Of a stretch of 32,000 bases of DNA, positions 1-9,796 are shown in pieces. The notes below the pieces were generated by a model that was not told the DNA's origin, made no database searches, and was given only the letters and a program-made list of their open reading frames with translations. The stretch is taken from NCBI RefSeq assembly GCF_000186885.1, contig NC_014972.1:3510001-3542000 (forward strand), written 5' to 3'. Position numbers and translations under genes: made by a program. The number at the start of each line of letters is the position of its first letter. Position 1 is the stretch's first letter. The stretch comes from Desulfobulbus propionicus DSM 2032 (lineage in GTDB: Bacteria; Desulfobacterota; Desulfobulbia; Desulfobulbales; Desulfobulbaceae).

Positions 1-2
1 AG

Positions 3-347
3 GTTGCCCCGCTTGCCTTGGCGATCAAGCAATCGGCGGACAGTCCCGCCGGAGTGGCCGCAGAGGTCAAGTTGTCGCGCAGCGGCAATGCCTCGGCGTT
101 TGGCAATGTGTTCCTTCACTACGTGCCGGCCAATGATCCGAAAACCAGTCGTACAATTGGCCAAGCGCAAGGGGTTGCCATCTATCTTCCCGAGGTCGAG
201 AAAAAAATGCTCATTCCCTTGACGGACATATCTCGCCAGGAGCTTTCCTCCGGGTCCATTCGCGTCTCGTTCCTGCCGGGAACGGGTTCCGCCAACCAGC
301 GTGAGAATCTGGGACAAAAGGCGGTCAAGGACTTCCCGCTGCGCTGA
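3..347 (+). CDS. C-terminal part of a pilus/fimbrial periplasmic chaperone-like protein (truncated by window start)
   Basis: Open frame runs in from the window edge; beta-rich translation (..FGNVFLHYVPANDPKTSRTIGQAQGVAIYLPEVEKKMLIPLTDISRQEL..) ends at 347. The adjacent gene is usher-like, which supports the guess. Confidence 0.4.
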   Translation, partial: VAPLALAIKQSADSPAGVAAEVKLSRSGNASAFGNVFLHYVPANDPKTSRTIGQAQGVAIYLPEVEKKMLIPLTDISRQELSSGSIRVSFLPGTGSANQRENLGQKAVKDFPLR

Positions 348-371
348 CGCTCTCCCTTCCCGCCAACGCGC

Positions 372-414
372 AACCCGGACCAGGCTGGCCATCGCCGCCT
401 CTTCCGGGTTTTTT
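372..414 (+). terminator. Candidate rho-independent terminator between convergent genes
   Basis: AACCCGGA (372-379) and TCCGGGTT (403-410) pair; T-run follows. Loop is long (23 nt). Confidence 0.5.
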
Positions 415-494
415 CTTGCACGGTTTGTTTTCTTTTTACGGTCCCCGCCGCACCGGGGAAAACGGCAAGGAGCTGGTGAGCCGGCAACGGATAC

Positions 495-3400
495 TCAAAT
501 TTTATTTCGCTGCATATTTGCGTATTTTTGCGCGATCAATTTAGGGTTATACCCTGTCGGCATCCGGTTCGCGGGGAGGGTGGCGATGGGTTGCTGCTCC
601 CTGGTGGAGTAGTTGACAGGGAGACTGAGCGCGGAACCGGTTCTGGGCCGCATGCGCGCGGCCAACCGGTCAGCCTCGTTCTTGACGCTGAAATCGCCGC
701 AGGTGACTCGGTAATAGATCCCCTTTTCCTCACCCAGATCGACTTTTGTCACCCGTAGATCCTCGGCGCCGACAATGTCCGCCAGTTTTTGCGCAAGAAT
801 CTGCATGCCTCTGCGCGCCGCCTCCATGGATTTATACGAGGCAAGATGGACGGCATAGGTGCCGGTGGTCCCGTTTTTTGTCGGCACAGCAGGTGGCTGT
901 TCCGCTTTGCTGGCCGGTTGTGGGACGGGCGAGGGTATGGCGGCGCGCGTTTCGGTTTCGCGGCGCGCGACCCCGGCTTTGCCATTCGGGGCAGCATTGC
1001 CGGTACCTGTTTGGGCGGCGAAGGTGCTTGCCGCCAAGGTCAAGGGGGCAATGGAAAGAGTGGTTGTTTGTTTGGCGGAAGGCGGTGCGGATGGTTTGAC
1101 AGCGGCAAGGGCTTCATGCCCCATCCCTTGCCGGGTGTCGGAAGAACCGGGCGCGGAGGGGGCCGGTCTGTCGGCAGGCGCCTTGTCGCGATTCCTGTAT
1201 TCAGGTGGGGCAAGAATGATATCGTTGCCGCGGGCGATGGTGCCGTCGTTGTCGATGACAATCTGTTTTTGCCATTCGTCGACCGATTCCTTGAGGCGGG
1301 GATCGGTGCTGGAGGCCTGCAGTGTGTAGGTGCCAGGGAAGACTTTTTCAAACAGGTAGAATCCGTCGTATTCGGAAACGGTTTTTTGGACCTGCTTCCC
1401 CTGCTTGTCGAGCAGTTCCAACTGCACGTTGGCCAGGGGTTCCTTGACGCCCTCCCTGTTGGCAACGTACACCATGCCGTCGATTTCTCCGGTGGAAACA
1501 ACAGGAAAGTCGATGGAATGGACACTGCCCGAACGAGGCAGGACCGCCACGCCGGGAACAGCGGGTTGCCAGTGGGGATCTTTCAACGAATCCGGATCAA
1601 TTTCCACATCGGTTGGCTCGGAGGCGGCGAGCCCGGTGAATTGTGCAACGCCCTGATCATTGGTCCGGACATTTCTCCTGAGTTGCCTGGCCACCACCCT
1701 GACCTCGGGCAGGGGCGTGTCATCTTGATCAAAGACCTTGTTGTTGTTGGCGTCGTGATAAACAAACGCCGTCGTCGCGCCGCGGCCGGATCGTTTTTCC
1801 GATTTCACCACGATTTCCTCGCTCACCGGATCCTTCCCCAGGGAAAAGGAAAGGCCGAGAAAGGCACCAAAATTTCCTTCGGAATCGTACAGGAGACTGG
1901 GAGAAAGAATATATTGGCCAGTGTCGAAGTCAAGGCTGGCCCTGGCCGTGGTCAAGTCTTCCTGCAAATCGTCATCCACCTCGCGAATGACACTGGCGCC
2001 GGCGCTGATCCCCTGCGCGATCGGCCAGTGTCCGGACAATTTATAGTCGGTTATGCCGCTTGCTTCACCGAGGTCATACCCGACACCCGCGGTGATCCGC
2101 CCCCTGCCGATCGTGCCGCTGGCCTGAAATTCGCCATCCACCGGCGCGCTGGTGCCCTCGCCGGTTTCTCCATCATTCCAATGGAGCACATTGGAGAGGT
2201 GGATGCCTTTGATGGCGCTTGACAACCGCGCGCTGGTCCGGCCCGTTTCCGAATCTTCGTAGGTGGTGTTCTCCCTGGAGAGGGTATAGGAAAGTGTGGG
2301 CAAGAAGGTGAATTCGGAAAAACTGCCATTCACCCCGAAGGACGTCCGTTCTTTCAAGATCCTGTCCGGATTGTTCTCGTCGACGAAGTCGGAAAAAATC
2401 TCGTGTTTGGCCCGGAGATTGACCGGGCCCCAAGCTGTCTGCCCCTGGATGGAGTGACCGTTGCCGCCAGTGCTGTCGGTGATGGTATTGATCTCGCCAT
2501 AGAGCGAGGAAAGAGAACCGTTGAGGCCGGCCTGCAGATAATTGTGCAGCGTGTCGTCGAATTCAACGCGTGAGAGTCCTGCTGTTGCCGAAAGGTGATC
2601 CGTTACCCCATAAGCGAATTTGCCGACGAGCCGTTCGCCCTCGCCTGCGCTGGTTTCCTCCTGGTCGAGGCCAAGCACGGTGTTTTTTCTCTGGGTAGCG
2701 GAGAGGTTGTACTCAAAACCACCGGCTTTGAGCATTCCCGAGCCGACATTGATATTTTTGGTCTCGACCATGCGGCGCTGGCCCTGCGGGCCATGGGCGA
2801 GCAGCTGAAAGGCATTGGCGCCAAAATAGACCGGGATATCCTCGAACACATAACGCCCGTCGCTCCCCACCCGGACCGAATTGATCAGGTTCCCGTTTTG
2901 GTACAGCTCGACATCCCAGCCAGGCTGCGCATTCCCCTCGAACCGGGTGGTGTCAAAATCCCGGTTGCGTTGAACGTCGCCGTTGGCAACAAAAACGCCG
3001 CGCTCGACGCTCCTGTTCCCGAGGATAGGCAGAGCCACGGGAGACACATCGCCCGCCGCGATCTTGCTGGCCCGCATCGGTCCAAGCATCGTGCTCTCTT
3101 TATCCATCTTCTCCAGGGTGATGCGGGCATTGTCCAGGGGCTCTTCCTCGTCACCCGAGAAAAAGGCCTTGGCGCTGGCGTGCGCGAGATCGCCCTCGGC
3201 CACAAGGGCATGGTTGATGCGGAACATATTGCTTTCCTGGCCGTTCTTCTCAATGCCGCTGGTCAGGGATACGTCCATCACCGGAAAGGAGTACAATTCG
3301 TATGGCGCCTGTTTCGGGGTGTACTTTAGGCTGGTATCCTCCTTTTCCGAGAGCCCCTTGCGCTTTCTTTCCCGTTCGTATTGCGCCTGAAGGGGTAATT

Positions 3401-4196
3401 GTTCCCTCGGTGTCAGCTTGGCGCTCATTTCCCCGGTGGACACAACAATATCAACTGGAAACCACCGGCTCAGCAGCTGACTGTCGACATAGATGTCGTC
3501 CTCGCCGACAAAGATTTGACCCTCATTCCAATCAGCTGTTTTTCCTTCAATTTTTATATTTTTTTTGGCCGCATCCAGAGAGAAGGTCCGGTCTTCGGAG
3601 ATGATCCATCCGCTTGCGACACCTTGCTGCGCGTCGACCTTGAAGGTGAAGCCAAGGGCCTGGGCAATGCCGCCGACAGGCAGCAGGGTACTCTTCTGGT
3701 CGCCGTAGGCGACAATCTCCTGCTTCACGCCAATTTCCGGGCAGACTGCACTTAAAATGAGCAGGTTATCCTCGTTGATCGGAGACTCCGGAGGAGAGGG
3801 AGGGGGGGCCGTTGCGGTGCCAGGGGGAGCGAGGTCGGGAGTGGTGGGCGAGGGTTGTTGAGACTGGAGTTCGTGGGCGGTGGGCAGATTGATTCCGGCA
3901 AGACGGGCCTGCGAGGTCAGGTGATCGAATTGTTGCCAATTAATTGACTTTCCCGCTGCGTGATCCTGGAGCAAGGATTCCCGTTTGAGCACGGTTTCGG
4001 CAAGTTGCCGGGCCTGGGGGGCATTGTTTTGACGAAGCCGCTGCCACTGGGCGTACTGATCTGTTTGGCGCAGGAGGATGTCCGCCTGTTCAAGAGCCAG
4101 GGATGCGTCAAAGACGGCCGCCGAACCACCGGTGGATCGCCCGGAGGGCAGCGGCTCGCTTGCGGCTTTGGCGATGTGGGCAACGGATGCGGTCAA
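495..4196 (-). CDS. Large usher-like outer-membrane beta-barrel protein with SdrD/CNA-B-like domain and C-terminal SPOR-like domain
   Basis: 1233 aa ORF; usher-like segment GWDVELYQNGNLINSVRVGSDGRYVFEDIPVYFGANAFQLLAHGPQGQRR; repeated barrel strands; KVFDQDDTPLPEVRVVARQLRRNVRTNDQGVAQFTGL and ANVQLELLDKQGKQVQKTVSEYDGFYLFEKVFPGTYTL; C-terminal YAVHLASYKSMEAARRGMQ...YYRVTCGDFSVKNEADRLAARM is SPOR-like. Start codon uncertain (TTG at 4196). Confidence 0.75.
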   Translation of the reverse strand: MTASVAHIAKAASEPLPSGRSTGGSAAVFDASLALEQADILLRQTDQYAQWQRLRQNNAPQARQLAETVLKRESLLQDHAAGKSINWQQFDHLTSQARLAGINLPTAHELQSQQPSPTTPDLAPPGTATAPPPSPPESPINEDNLLILSAVCPEIGVKQEIVAYGDQKSTLLPVGGIAQALGFTFKVDAQQGVASGWIISEDRTFSLDAAKKNIKIEGKTADWNEGQIFVGEDDIYVDSQLLSRWFPVDIVVSTGEMSAKLTPREQLPLQAQYERERKRKGLSEKEDTSLKYTPKQAPYELYSFPVMDVSLTSGIEKNGQESNMFRINHALVAEGDLAHASAKAFFSGDEEEPLDNARITLEKMDKESTMLGPMRASKIAAGDVSPVALPILGNRSVERGVFVANGDVQRNRDFDTTRFEGNAQPGWDVELYQNGNLINSVRVGSDGRYVFEDIPVYFGANAFQLLAHGPQGQRRMVETKNINVGSGMLKAGGFEYNLSATQRKNTVLGLDQEETSAGEGERLVGKFAYGVTDHLSATAGLSRVEFDDTLHNYLQAGLNGSLSSLYGEINTITDSTGGNGHSIQGQTAWGPVNLRAKHEIFSDFVDENNPDRILKERTSFGVNGSFSEFTFLPTLSYTLSRENTTYEDSETGRTSARLSSAIKGIHLSNVLHWNDGETGEGTSAPVDGEFQASGTIGRGRITAGVGYDLGEASGITDYKLSGHWPIAQGISAGASVIREVDDDLQEDLTTARASLDFDTGQYILSPSLLYDSEGNFGAFLGLSFSLGKDPVSEEIVVKSEKRSGRGATTAFVYHDANNNKVFDQDDTPLPEVRVVARQLRRNVRTNDQGVAQFTGLAASEPTDVEIDPDSLKDPHWQPAVPGVAVLPRSGSVHSIDFPVVSTGEIDGMVYVANREGVKEPLANVQLELLDKQGKQVQKTVSEYDGFYLFEKVFPGTYTLQASSTDPRLKESVDEWQKQIVIDNDGTIARGNDIILAPPEYRNRDKAPADRPAPSAPGSSDTRQGMGHEALAAVKPSAPPSAKQTTTLSIAPLTLAASTFAAQTGTGNAAPNGKAGVARRETETRAAIPSPVPQPASKAEQPPAVPTKNGTTGTYAVHLASYKSMEAARRGMQILAQKLADIVGAEDLRVTKVDLGEEKGIYYRVTCGDFSVKNEADRLAARMRPRTGSALSLPVNYSTREQQPIATLPANRMPTGYNPKLIAQKYANMQRNKI

Positions 4197-4369
4197 AGGC
4201 GCCCTTCGTGTTCAGAGTCGAAAAATGGGCCTATACGTTTTGTCGGGAACACTGGGTGGCAAGCAATTTTTGCACCAGTATAAAATGAGGTATGGAGGCG
4301 AGCAGGAAGGATGATCCTTGAGGGGGAAAGGCGCACATGGAGGCGGCCAGAAAAAGCTGACAGGGGCAA

Positions 4370-5470
4370 TCAGGCCTGCTGTTCGTCTACCCGGCGCATG
4401 CCTTCCATGACCAGTCCCATGAAGCCGCCGATGACCTCCAGTTGCTTTTCCTCGGCGGAGAGTCCGGAAGTGTAGGTGAAGGTGCCGTCGCTCTTGGCCA
4501 GCAGGGCAAAAAAGGCTTCCTTGCCGCTCAATTCCTTGTACTGGGTTTTCACCAGTTCGCCTTCATTGAAGGCAACCGTGGCGTTGCCGTCGTCGAGTAC
4601 CAACAGCACCTTGCCGGTTTTCTGGCTGGAATTGATCAGCTGGAACAGCTCGACGGCGTTGATGTCCGACAGCCTGCCGGTCATGCCCGAGCTGATGGTG
4701 CCGGCCCGCAGGGTATTGGCCTGGGCGCGCTCTACCAGGAGGCGGTAGAAAAAGACCTGGAGCACCGGATAACGGTTGAGGGTGTGCTTGAAATCCTTGC
4801 TGGAAAGAGTGGCCAGGCGGGTTCTTTCCCGCGAATGGATGGAGGTGGTGATCGGTTCGCCGGACAGCAGGCTCATCTCGCCGAAAATGTCGCCCACGGT
4901 CATTTCGGAGAGGGTCTGCCCTTCGTCGCCGATAACCGCCACCCGGCCTTCGAGAACGATGTACAGACTGGTGCCCGGATCGCCTTTTTTGAGGATGATT
5001 TTGTGGGCGTCGTATTCCTTGAGCTGCAACTGCGCCGACAGATCGCGCAGGCTGTCTTCGGTGAGCGGCTCGAAAATTTCCAGCTTGCGCAACACGTCAT
5101 AAAACTTATCCAGATGGCGCATCCGCGCCTTCTGTTCGGCGGCGGCCAGCAGCTTCATCTGCAACGTGGCGAATCCCTTTTCTTTTTTGAATTCAAAACG
5201 AATCAGGCCGGTACATCCGCCGCATTCAAACTTGACTTTCTGCACCCCGGAGGGGGAAAACCGCTCCAGGCTTTTTTTCTCGGCCACGGCCTTCATCAGC
5301 TCGCGCACCATCAGCAGGCAGACCGCCTTGCCTTCGGGGACGATCAAGGCCATGTTCTCGACCTTGAATTCCTCGCCCACATTGTAAATGGGGCAAGAAC
5401 GTTCTTCGGTGACGATGAAGATCGCGTCACGGTATTGACTGGCGTTGCGTTTGGGCTCGTTGGTGTTCAT
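4370..5470 (-). CDS. Cyclic-nucleotide-binding (CRP/cNMP) domain protein with N-terminal Cys-containing domain and C-terminal DUF4388/PATAN-like domain
   Basis: IILKKGDPGTSLYIVLEGRVAVIGDEGQTLSEMTVGDIFGEMSLLSGEPITTSIHSRERTRLATL is a canonical cNMP-binding fold; C-terminal GRLSDINAVELFQLINSSQKTGKVLLVLDDGNATVAFNEGELVKTQ is DUF4388-like. Start assigned at MNTNEPKR (cat 5468-5470) inside the longer ORF 4370-5962. Confidence 0.8.
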   Translation of the reverse strand: MNTNEPKRNASQYRDAIFIVTEERSCPIYNVGEEFKVENMALIVPEGKAVCLLMVRELMKAVAEKKSLERFSPSGVQKVKFECGGCTGLIRFEFKKEKGFATLQMKLLAAAEQKARMRHLDKFYDVLRKLEIFEPLTEDSLRDLSAQLQLKEYDAHKIILKKGDPGTSLYIVLEGRVAVIGDEGQTLSEMTVGDIFGEMSLLSGEPITTSIHSRERTRLATLSSKDFKHTLNRYPVLQVFFYRLLVERAQANTLRAGTISSGMTGRLSDINAVELFQLINSSQKTGKVLLVLDDGNATVAFNEGELVKTQYKELSGKEAFFALLAKSDGTFTYTSGLSAEEKQLEVIGGFMGLVMEGMRRVDEQQA

Positions 5471-5523
5471 GCGAAAAGGAAAGGAATCGCGGCGCCGAAC
5501 AGCGGGCCGGCGCCGCTCGTGGC

Positions 5524-5895
5524 TCAGTCGGAACGACCGAAGAGCAGGTAAATGATGAACCCAAGAATCGCGGCACCGCCGAACAGCACCGGAAGCACCT
5601 TGTTCACCTGCAGCTCGCCGTTGACCACCAGGGTTTGCATGTACTGCGTGCCGGAAGCCCACCAGATGGCCAGCACCGCCCCCAGGATGATCAGGTCGCG
5701 GAGGGCCTTCTTGTAGAGCAGGTAGCCGACAAGGGCAATGAAGGGAACGAGAAACCAGGGATTGGAAAACAGCCCGGAAAAGTCGACCTCCTTGATCTGC
5801 TCCGGCAAATGGGTTTCCTGCACAAGCCGCCCGACGGGCTCGATGAGGTCCCCGATTTTTTGTAGAATCGAATCGATCGTTGCGCCGAAATCCAC
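5524..5895 (-). CDS. Small conserved-looking integral membrane protein
   Basis: 123 aa with about three hydrophobic segments (WFLVPFIALVGYLLY; LIILGAVLAIWWA; VLPVLFGGAAILGFIIYLLF). Confidence 0.6.
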   Translation of the reverse strand: MDFGATIDSILQKIGDLIEPVGRLVQETHLPEQIKEVDFSGLFSNPWFLVPFIALVGYLLYKKALRDLIILGAVLAIWWASGTQYMQTLVVNGELQVNKVLPVLFGGAAILGFIIYLLFGRSD

Positions 5896-6438
5896 TCGCG
5901 TTCTCCTTGTTTGAAAGAATGATCCATGCCTTCAACCGGCGGGTTGTCCTGCTGACATGCACGCCGTCGCATCACCGGTAGGTCTATGGTATCAGCGGTA
6001 AATCGGTTCGTCAAAATGAAAACGGCCAGAGTCCGCTTTCCTTCCCTGCGACCCCTCACCTGTTTAACCTTTTTGTTTTTTGAAAAACCCATTCACTACA
6101 AAAATGGGCGAATTGTTCATTATCGGCTCATTGCCTCGCCACGGCCATCCGATTAAAAAATATATAATTATAACAAGATAAATAATTATACTCTGAAAAA
6201 TGATCAGGTGGCACTCTTTTTGATAAACAACAAGAAACACCAACTGGAAGCGGTTATTCACAGGGGCACCAGGCCTGTCGGCACTCACCCGTGCGTTTGA
6301 CCAGCGACCAGCGAGCGTGTTGGCGAAGTGCAAGCAGCCATTCGTTCCACCTCCCTCCTCCAACCGGCTGCCCCGTCCTCCTCCTCTCTGCGGGGCAGCC
6401 CCCTCCTCCTGCAAAGGGGCAAGTATGCAGAGGCGTCC

Positions 6439-7158
6439 ATGGCATACAGCGTTCTTGTCGTGCAGCACTCCAAATGGCACCCTCCGGGCAAAGGGTTGGT
6501 GCGGCTGGCCCGCGTGGGGCAGATCACCCTGCGAGTTGTCGAAATGTGGCGGGAAAGCGCCGCTGACTTGGCCGAATTCGACGCCCTGATCATTCTAGGC
6601 GGGCCGTGTGATCACGACCAGGATGGATCGCATCCCCTTCTTGGCGAGGAAAAACGGCTGGTACGGGCGTGGATGCATCTCAACCGGCCCTGCCTTGGAT
6701 TCAATCTTGGCCTGCATTTGATCGCCGAGCTCATGGGCGCGGTCATCGGACCGGCGCATGTACCTGGAACGGGATTCGTTGCCGGCCATCTGACCCATGA
6801 GGGGAAAAAACACCCTCTTTTTCATGGGCTGCGGTCACCTCTGACACTCTTCAAGGGGCATGGGCGGGAGATTCAATCCCCGCTGCCCCGTTCCATGGTT
6901 TTGCTTGCCACCTCCAAGGAGTGCATGGTAGAAGCATGCTGCCTCGAAGGCCGTCCGCATATCGTTGGCCTGCAATGCGACAATTATTTAGGGGTGCTGG
7001 AAGAGGTCGGCACTTGGCGCATGCACAGAAAGCGGCCGGTGGCCCCGGGACAACCCTTGGCGGCGGAATTGAACGCCGCCACTAGCGAAAAGGCCGCGGA
7101 GAGCTCGGCGACCTTCAGCCTGCTGCTGCACAATTTTATTACCCTGGTCGGGCGGTAA
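6439..7158 (+). CDS. Class-I glutamine amidotransferase-fold protein, predicted catalytically inactive as a glutaminase
   Basis: LIILGGPCDHDQDGSHPLLGEEKRLVRAWMHLNRPCLGFNLGLHLIAELMGAVI follows the GATase-I nucleophile-elbow region; start taken at ATG 6439 (MAYSVLVVQHSKW) inside ORF 6328-7158. Confidence 0.7.
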   Translation: MAYSVLVVQHSKWHPPGKGLVRLARVGQITLRVVEMWRESAADLAEFDALIILGGPCDHDQDGSHPLLGEEKRLVRAWMHLNRPCLGFNLGLHLIAELMGAVIGPAHVPGTGFVAGHLTHEGKKHPLFHGLRSPLTLFKGHGREIQSPLPRSMVLLATSKECMVEACCLEGRPHIVGLQCDNYLGVLEEVGTWRMHRKRPVAPGQPLAAELNAATSEKAAESSATFSLLLHNFITLVGR

Positions 7159-7199
7159 CCGCCCACGAGCCCCCCCTCGCCACTGTCCATTGACCGCGC

Positions 7200-8510
7200 A
7201 TGAGCATTCTCAGTCAACAGTCCGTTTTCTCCGCCATGCTCCAGGATGGCCCTTTCGCCATTGGCAGCGCCCCGCCCCTGGCCCATCCCTTCTCCGCCGA
7301 GAGCAAGCAGTGGGTCAGGAACATCCGCCACAATCAACTGTTGAAAACCAAGTATCGTTCGGTCCGCAACCAGATCTTCGATCTCCTGGGGGTCAATACC
7401 TTCGACGAAATTCTGGTGCTGATCCACGACCAGGAGCGACGGGCCAAGGCAGCGGAGCGCGCCTACCTGCTGCTGGGCAACATGTTCGGCATCGTGGGTT
7501 CCGGCCAGGAAGTGGTGCGGCATCTGCACGAATACGCTCGCACCGCCGACGATGTGATCAGCTCGCTGCGGGCCAAGGTGCTGGCGCCTTACAGCGCCCA
7601 TATCGAAACCACCAACGAGATTGTCACCGCCTGGGATCCGGTCGAACTGCTGCTGGCCCTGTTTGACGATCGCTACCACAAGAAAGCCCGGTTTGAGGCC
7701 AAGCGCAAACTGGCGCTGATGGGACTGGCCGGCTCCATCGACCAGCGGGAACGGGAAACGCGGATTGCCGAAAAATTTCTCGATTTTCTCGCCTTTCTCA
7801 ACGCCTACGTGTGGAGTCCAGATCTCAAAATCGGTGACCTGGAGATCCGCTATCTGCACAGCGCCCACAACGCGGAGGATTTCAGCTGTACACGGGTGGA
7901 CGTGCTCTCCGAGGAAGAGGCGCGCGCGATGACGCCGGCGGCCGGTGAAAAGCTGACCTTGGTCAAACGGCGGCGGTTTCGCGACAACGACATCGACATT
8001 CCCATCTACGTCACCATCCGCAAGAAGGAACCCGCGGCCAAGGTACTCAAACTGCTGCGCAAGAACGACAAGAATCCGGCCACGGCGGTGGACGACGAGC
8101 TGGGATTGATGGCGGTGCTCAACTCGGTCAACGATGTCAAGCGGTTTGTCCGTCATCTGACCCGCAGCGCCGCGCGGGCGAAATCGTTCATGACCCTGGA
8201 GGATATCTCCGACACCCTCACCGGCGGCGAGTATCAGGGCCGCGCCACCGGCAGCTCCGGCAAGACCTCGATGCTCAAATTTTTCGCCCGCACCGGCGGC
8301 ATGCGCATCGAGTTCATCATTCACACCAACCGTTCCTACCTCAACTACATCTATCAGCGCGACGTGGCCCACGACGAATACGAGGTCAAGCGTATCTTCG
8401 ACACCGGCGTGGTCGAATTCCTCTTTCCGCCGGACATCTACCGTCTGGATCTGCGGACGATCCGCGACCAGCAATTGGCCCGTTTCCGTCGACAGATCGA
8501 GGAGCGCTGA
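7200..8510 (+). CDS. Uncharacterised protein, about 436 aa; start may be 7236
   Basis: Long ORF co-directional with and 41 nt downstream of the GATase-like gene; no confidently recognised family. C-terminal half (DDELGLMAVLNSVNDVKRFVRHL...MRIEFIIHTNRSYLNYIYQRDVAHDEYEVKRIF) vaguely resembles RelA/SpoT-type nucleotidyltransferase folds. Confidence 0.6.
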   Translation: MSILSQQSVFSAMLQDGPFAIGSAPPLAHPFSAESKQWVRNIRHNQLLKTKYRSVRNQIFDLLGVNTFDEILVLIHDQERRAKAAERAYLLLGNMFGIVGSGQEVVRHLHEYARTADDVISSLRAKVLAPYSAHIETTNEIVTAWDPVELLLALFDDRYHKKARFEAKRKLALMGLAGSIDQRERETRIAEKFLDFLAFLNAYVWSPDLKIGDLEIRYLHSAHNAEDFSCTRVDVLSEEEARAMTPAAGEKLTLVKRRRFRDNDIDIPIYVTIRKKEPAAKVLKLLRKNDKNPATAVDDELGLMAVLNSVNDVKRFVRHLTRSAARAKSFMTLEDISDTLTGGEYQGRATGSSGKTSMLKFFARTGGMRIEFIIHTNRSYLNYIYQRDVAHDEYEVKRIFDTGVVEFLFPPDIYRLDLRTIRDQQLARFRRQIEER

Positions 8511-8698
8511 CCGGCGCGGCGCCAGCGCCGCCCTTCCCCTCCGTGACCAAGAGGCCGATCCCCCGCCAGCACGACGCCTAGCGGGCCCCACTTCGCGGCA
8601 TCCGCCGTCACGGTTCACGCCCCGTCTGTAACTCTGCCTTTTTCTTGACGGGCCGACCGTCCTTCCGCCCCCACCATTTTGTCGCCCTCCTACCTGTT

Positions 8699-8714
8699 TG
8701 TCGAACAAGCAACA
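8699..8714 (+). promoter_or_regulatory. Candidate NifA upstream activator sequence (TGT-N10-ACA)
   Basis: TGT CGAACAAGCA ACA, about 100 bp upstream of the -24 element and upstream of nifH. Confidence 0.65.
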
Positions 8715-8813
8715 TTTCTGGACCGCTCCCGTTGATGATCCCGGCCTGGGGATCCCGGGAGAAAAAATCGTAATTTATTGTTTTCCCAACAATATTTTCA
8801 ACTTCTCATCTCC

Positions 8814-8829
8814 TGGCATGCCCATTGCC
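8814..8829 (+). promoter_or_regulatory. sigma54 (-24/-12) promoter of the nif operon
   Basis: TGGCATGcccaTTGCC: GG-N10-GC spacing is exact (GG 8815-8816, GC 8827-8828), close to consensus TGGCACG-N4-TTGCW, about 100 bp upstream of nifH. Confidence 0.85.
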
Positions 8830-8875
8830 TTAGAGAGGGCACAGGGCGGCGCCGTTCGCCCTCGACCAAGGCTGA

Positions 8876-9760
<885 letters not shown>

Positions 9761-9796
9761 CAACAACAAACAGATATTCACCAAGGAGCCACTCCC

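Noticed and set aside
789-2222. 477 aa plus-strand ORF opposite the usher-like gene
   Set aside because: Antisense to a long, domain-bearing gene; no recognisable motifs.
4370-5962. 530 aa version of the CRP-like protein starting at 5962
   Set aside because: The N-terminal about 160 aa is Arg/Pro-rich and overlaps the membrane protein gene 5524-5895 in another frame; start at 5470 gives a sensible protein.
6209-6223. TGGCACTCTTTTTGA sigma54-like element upstream of the GATase-like gene
   Set aside because: The -12 dinucleotide is GA rather than GC and the distance to the ATG is over 200 bp; too weak to call.
6984-8708. 574 aa minus-strand ORF opposite the 436 aa plus-strand gene
   Set aside because: Arg/Gly/Val-rich shadow translation that runs into the nif promoter region; the plus-strand frame has normal protein composition.
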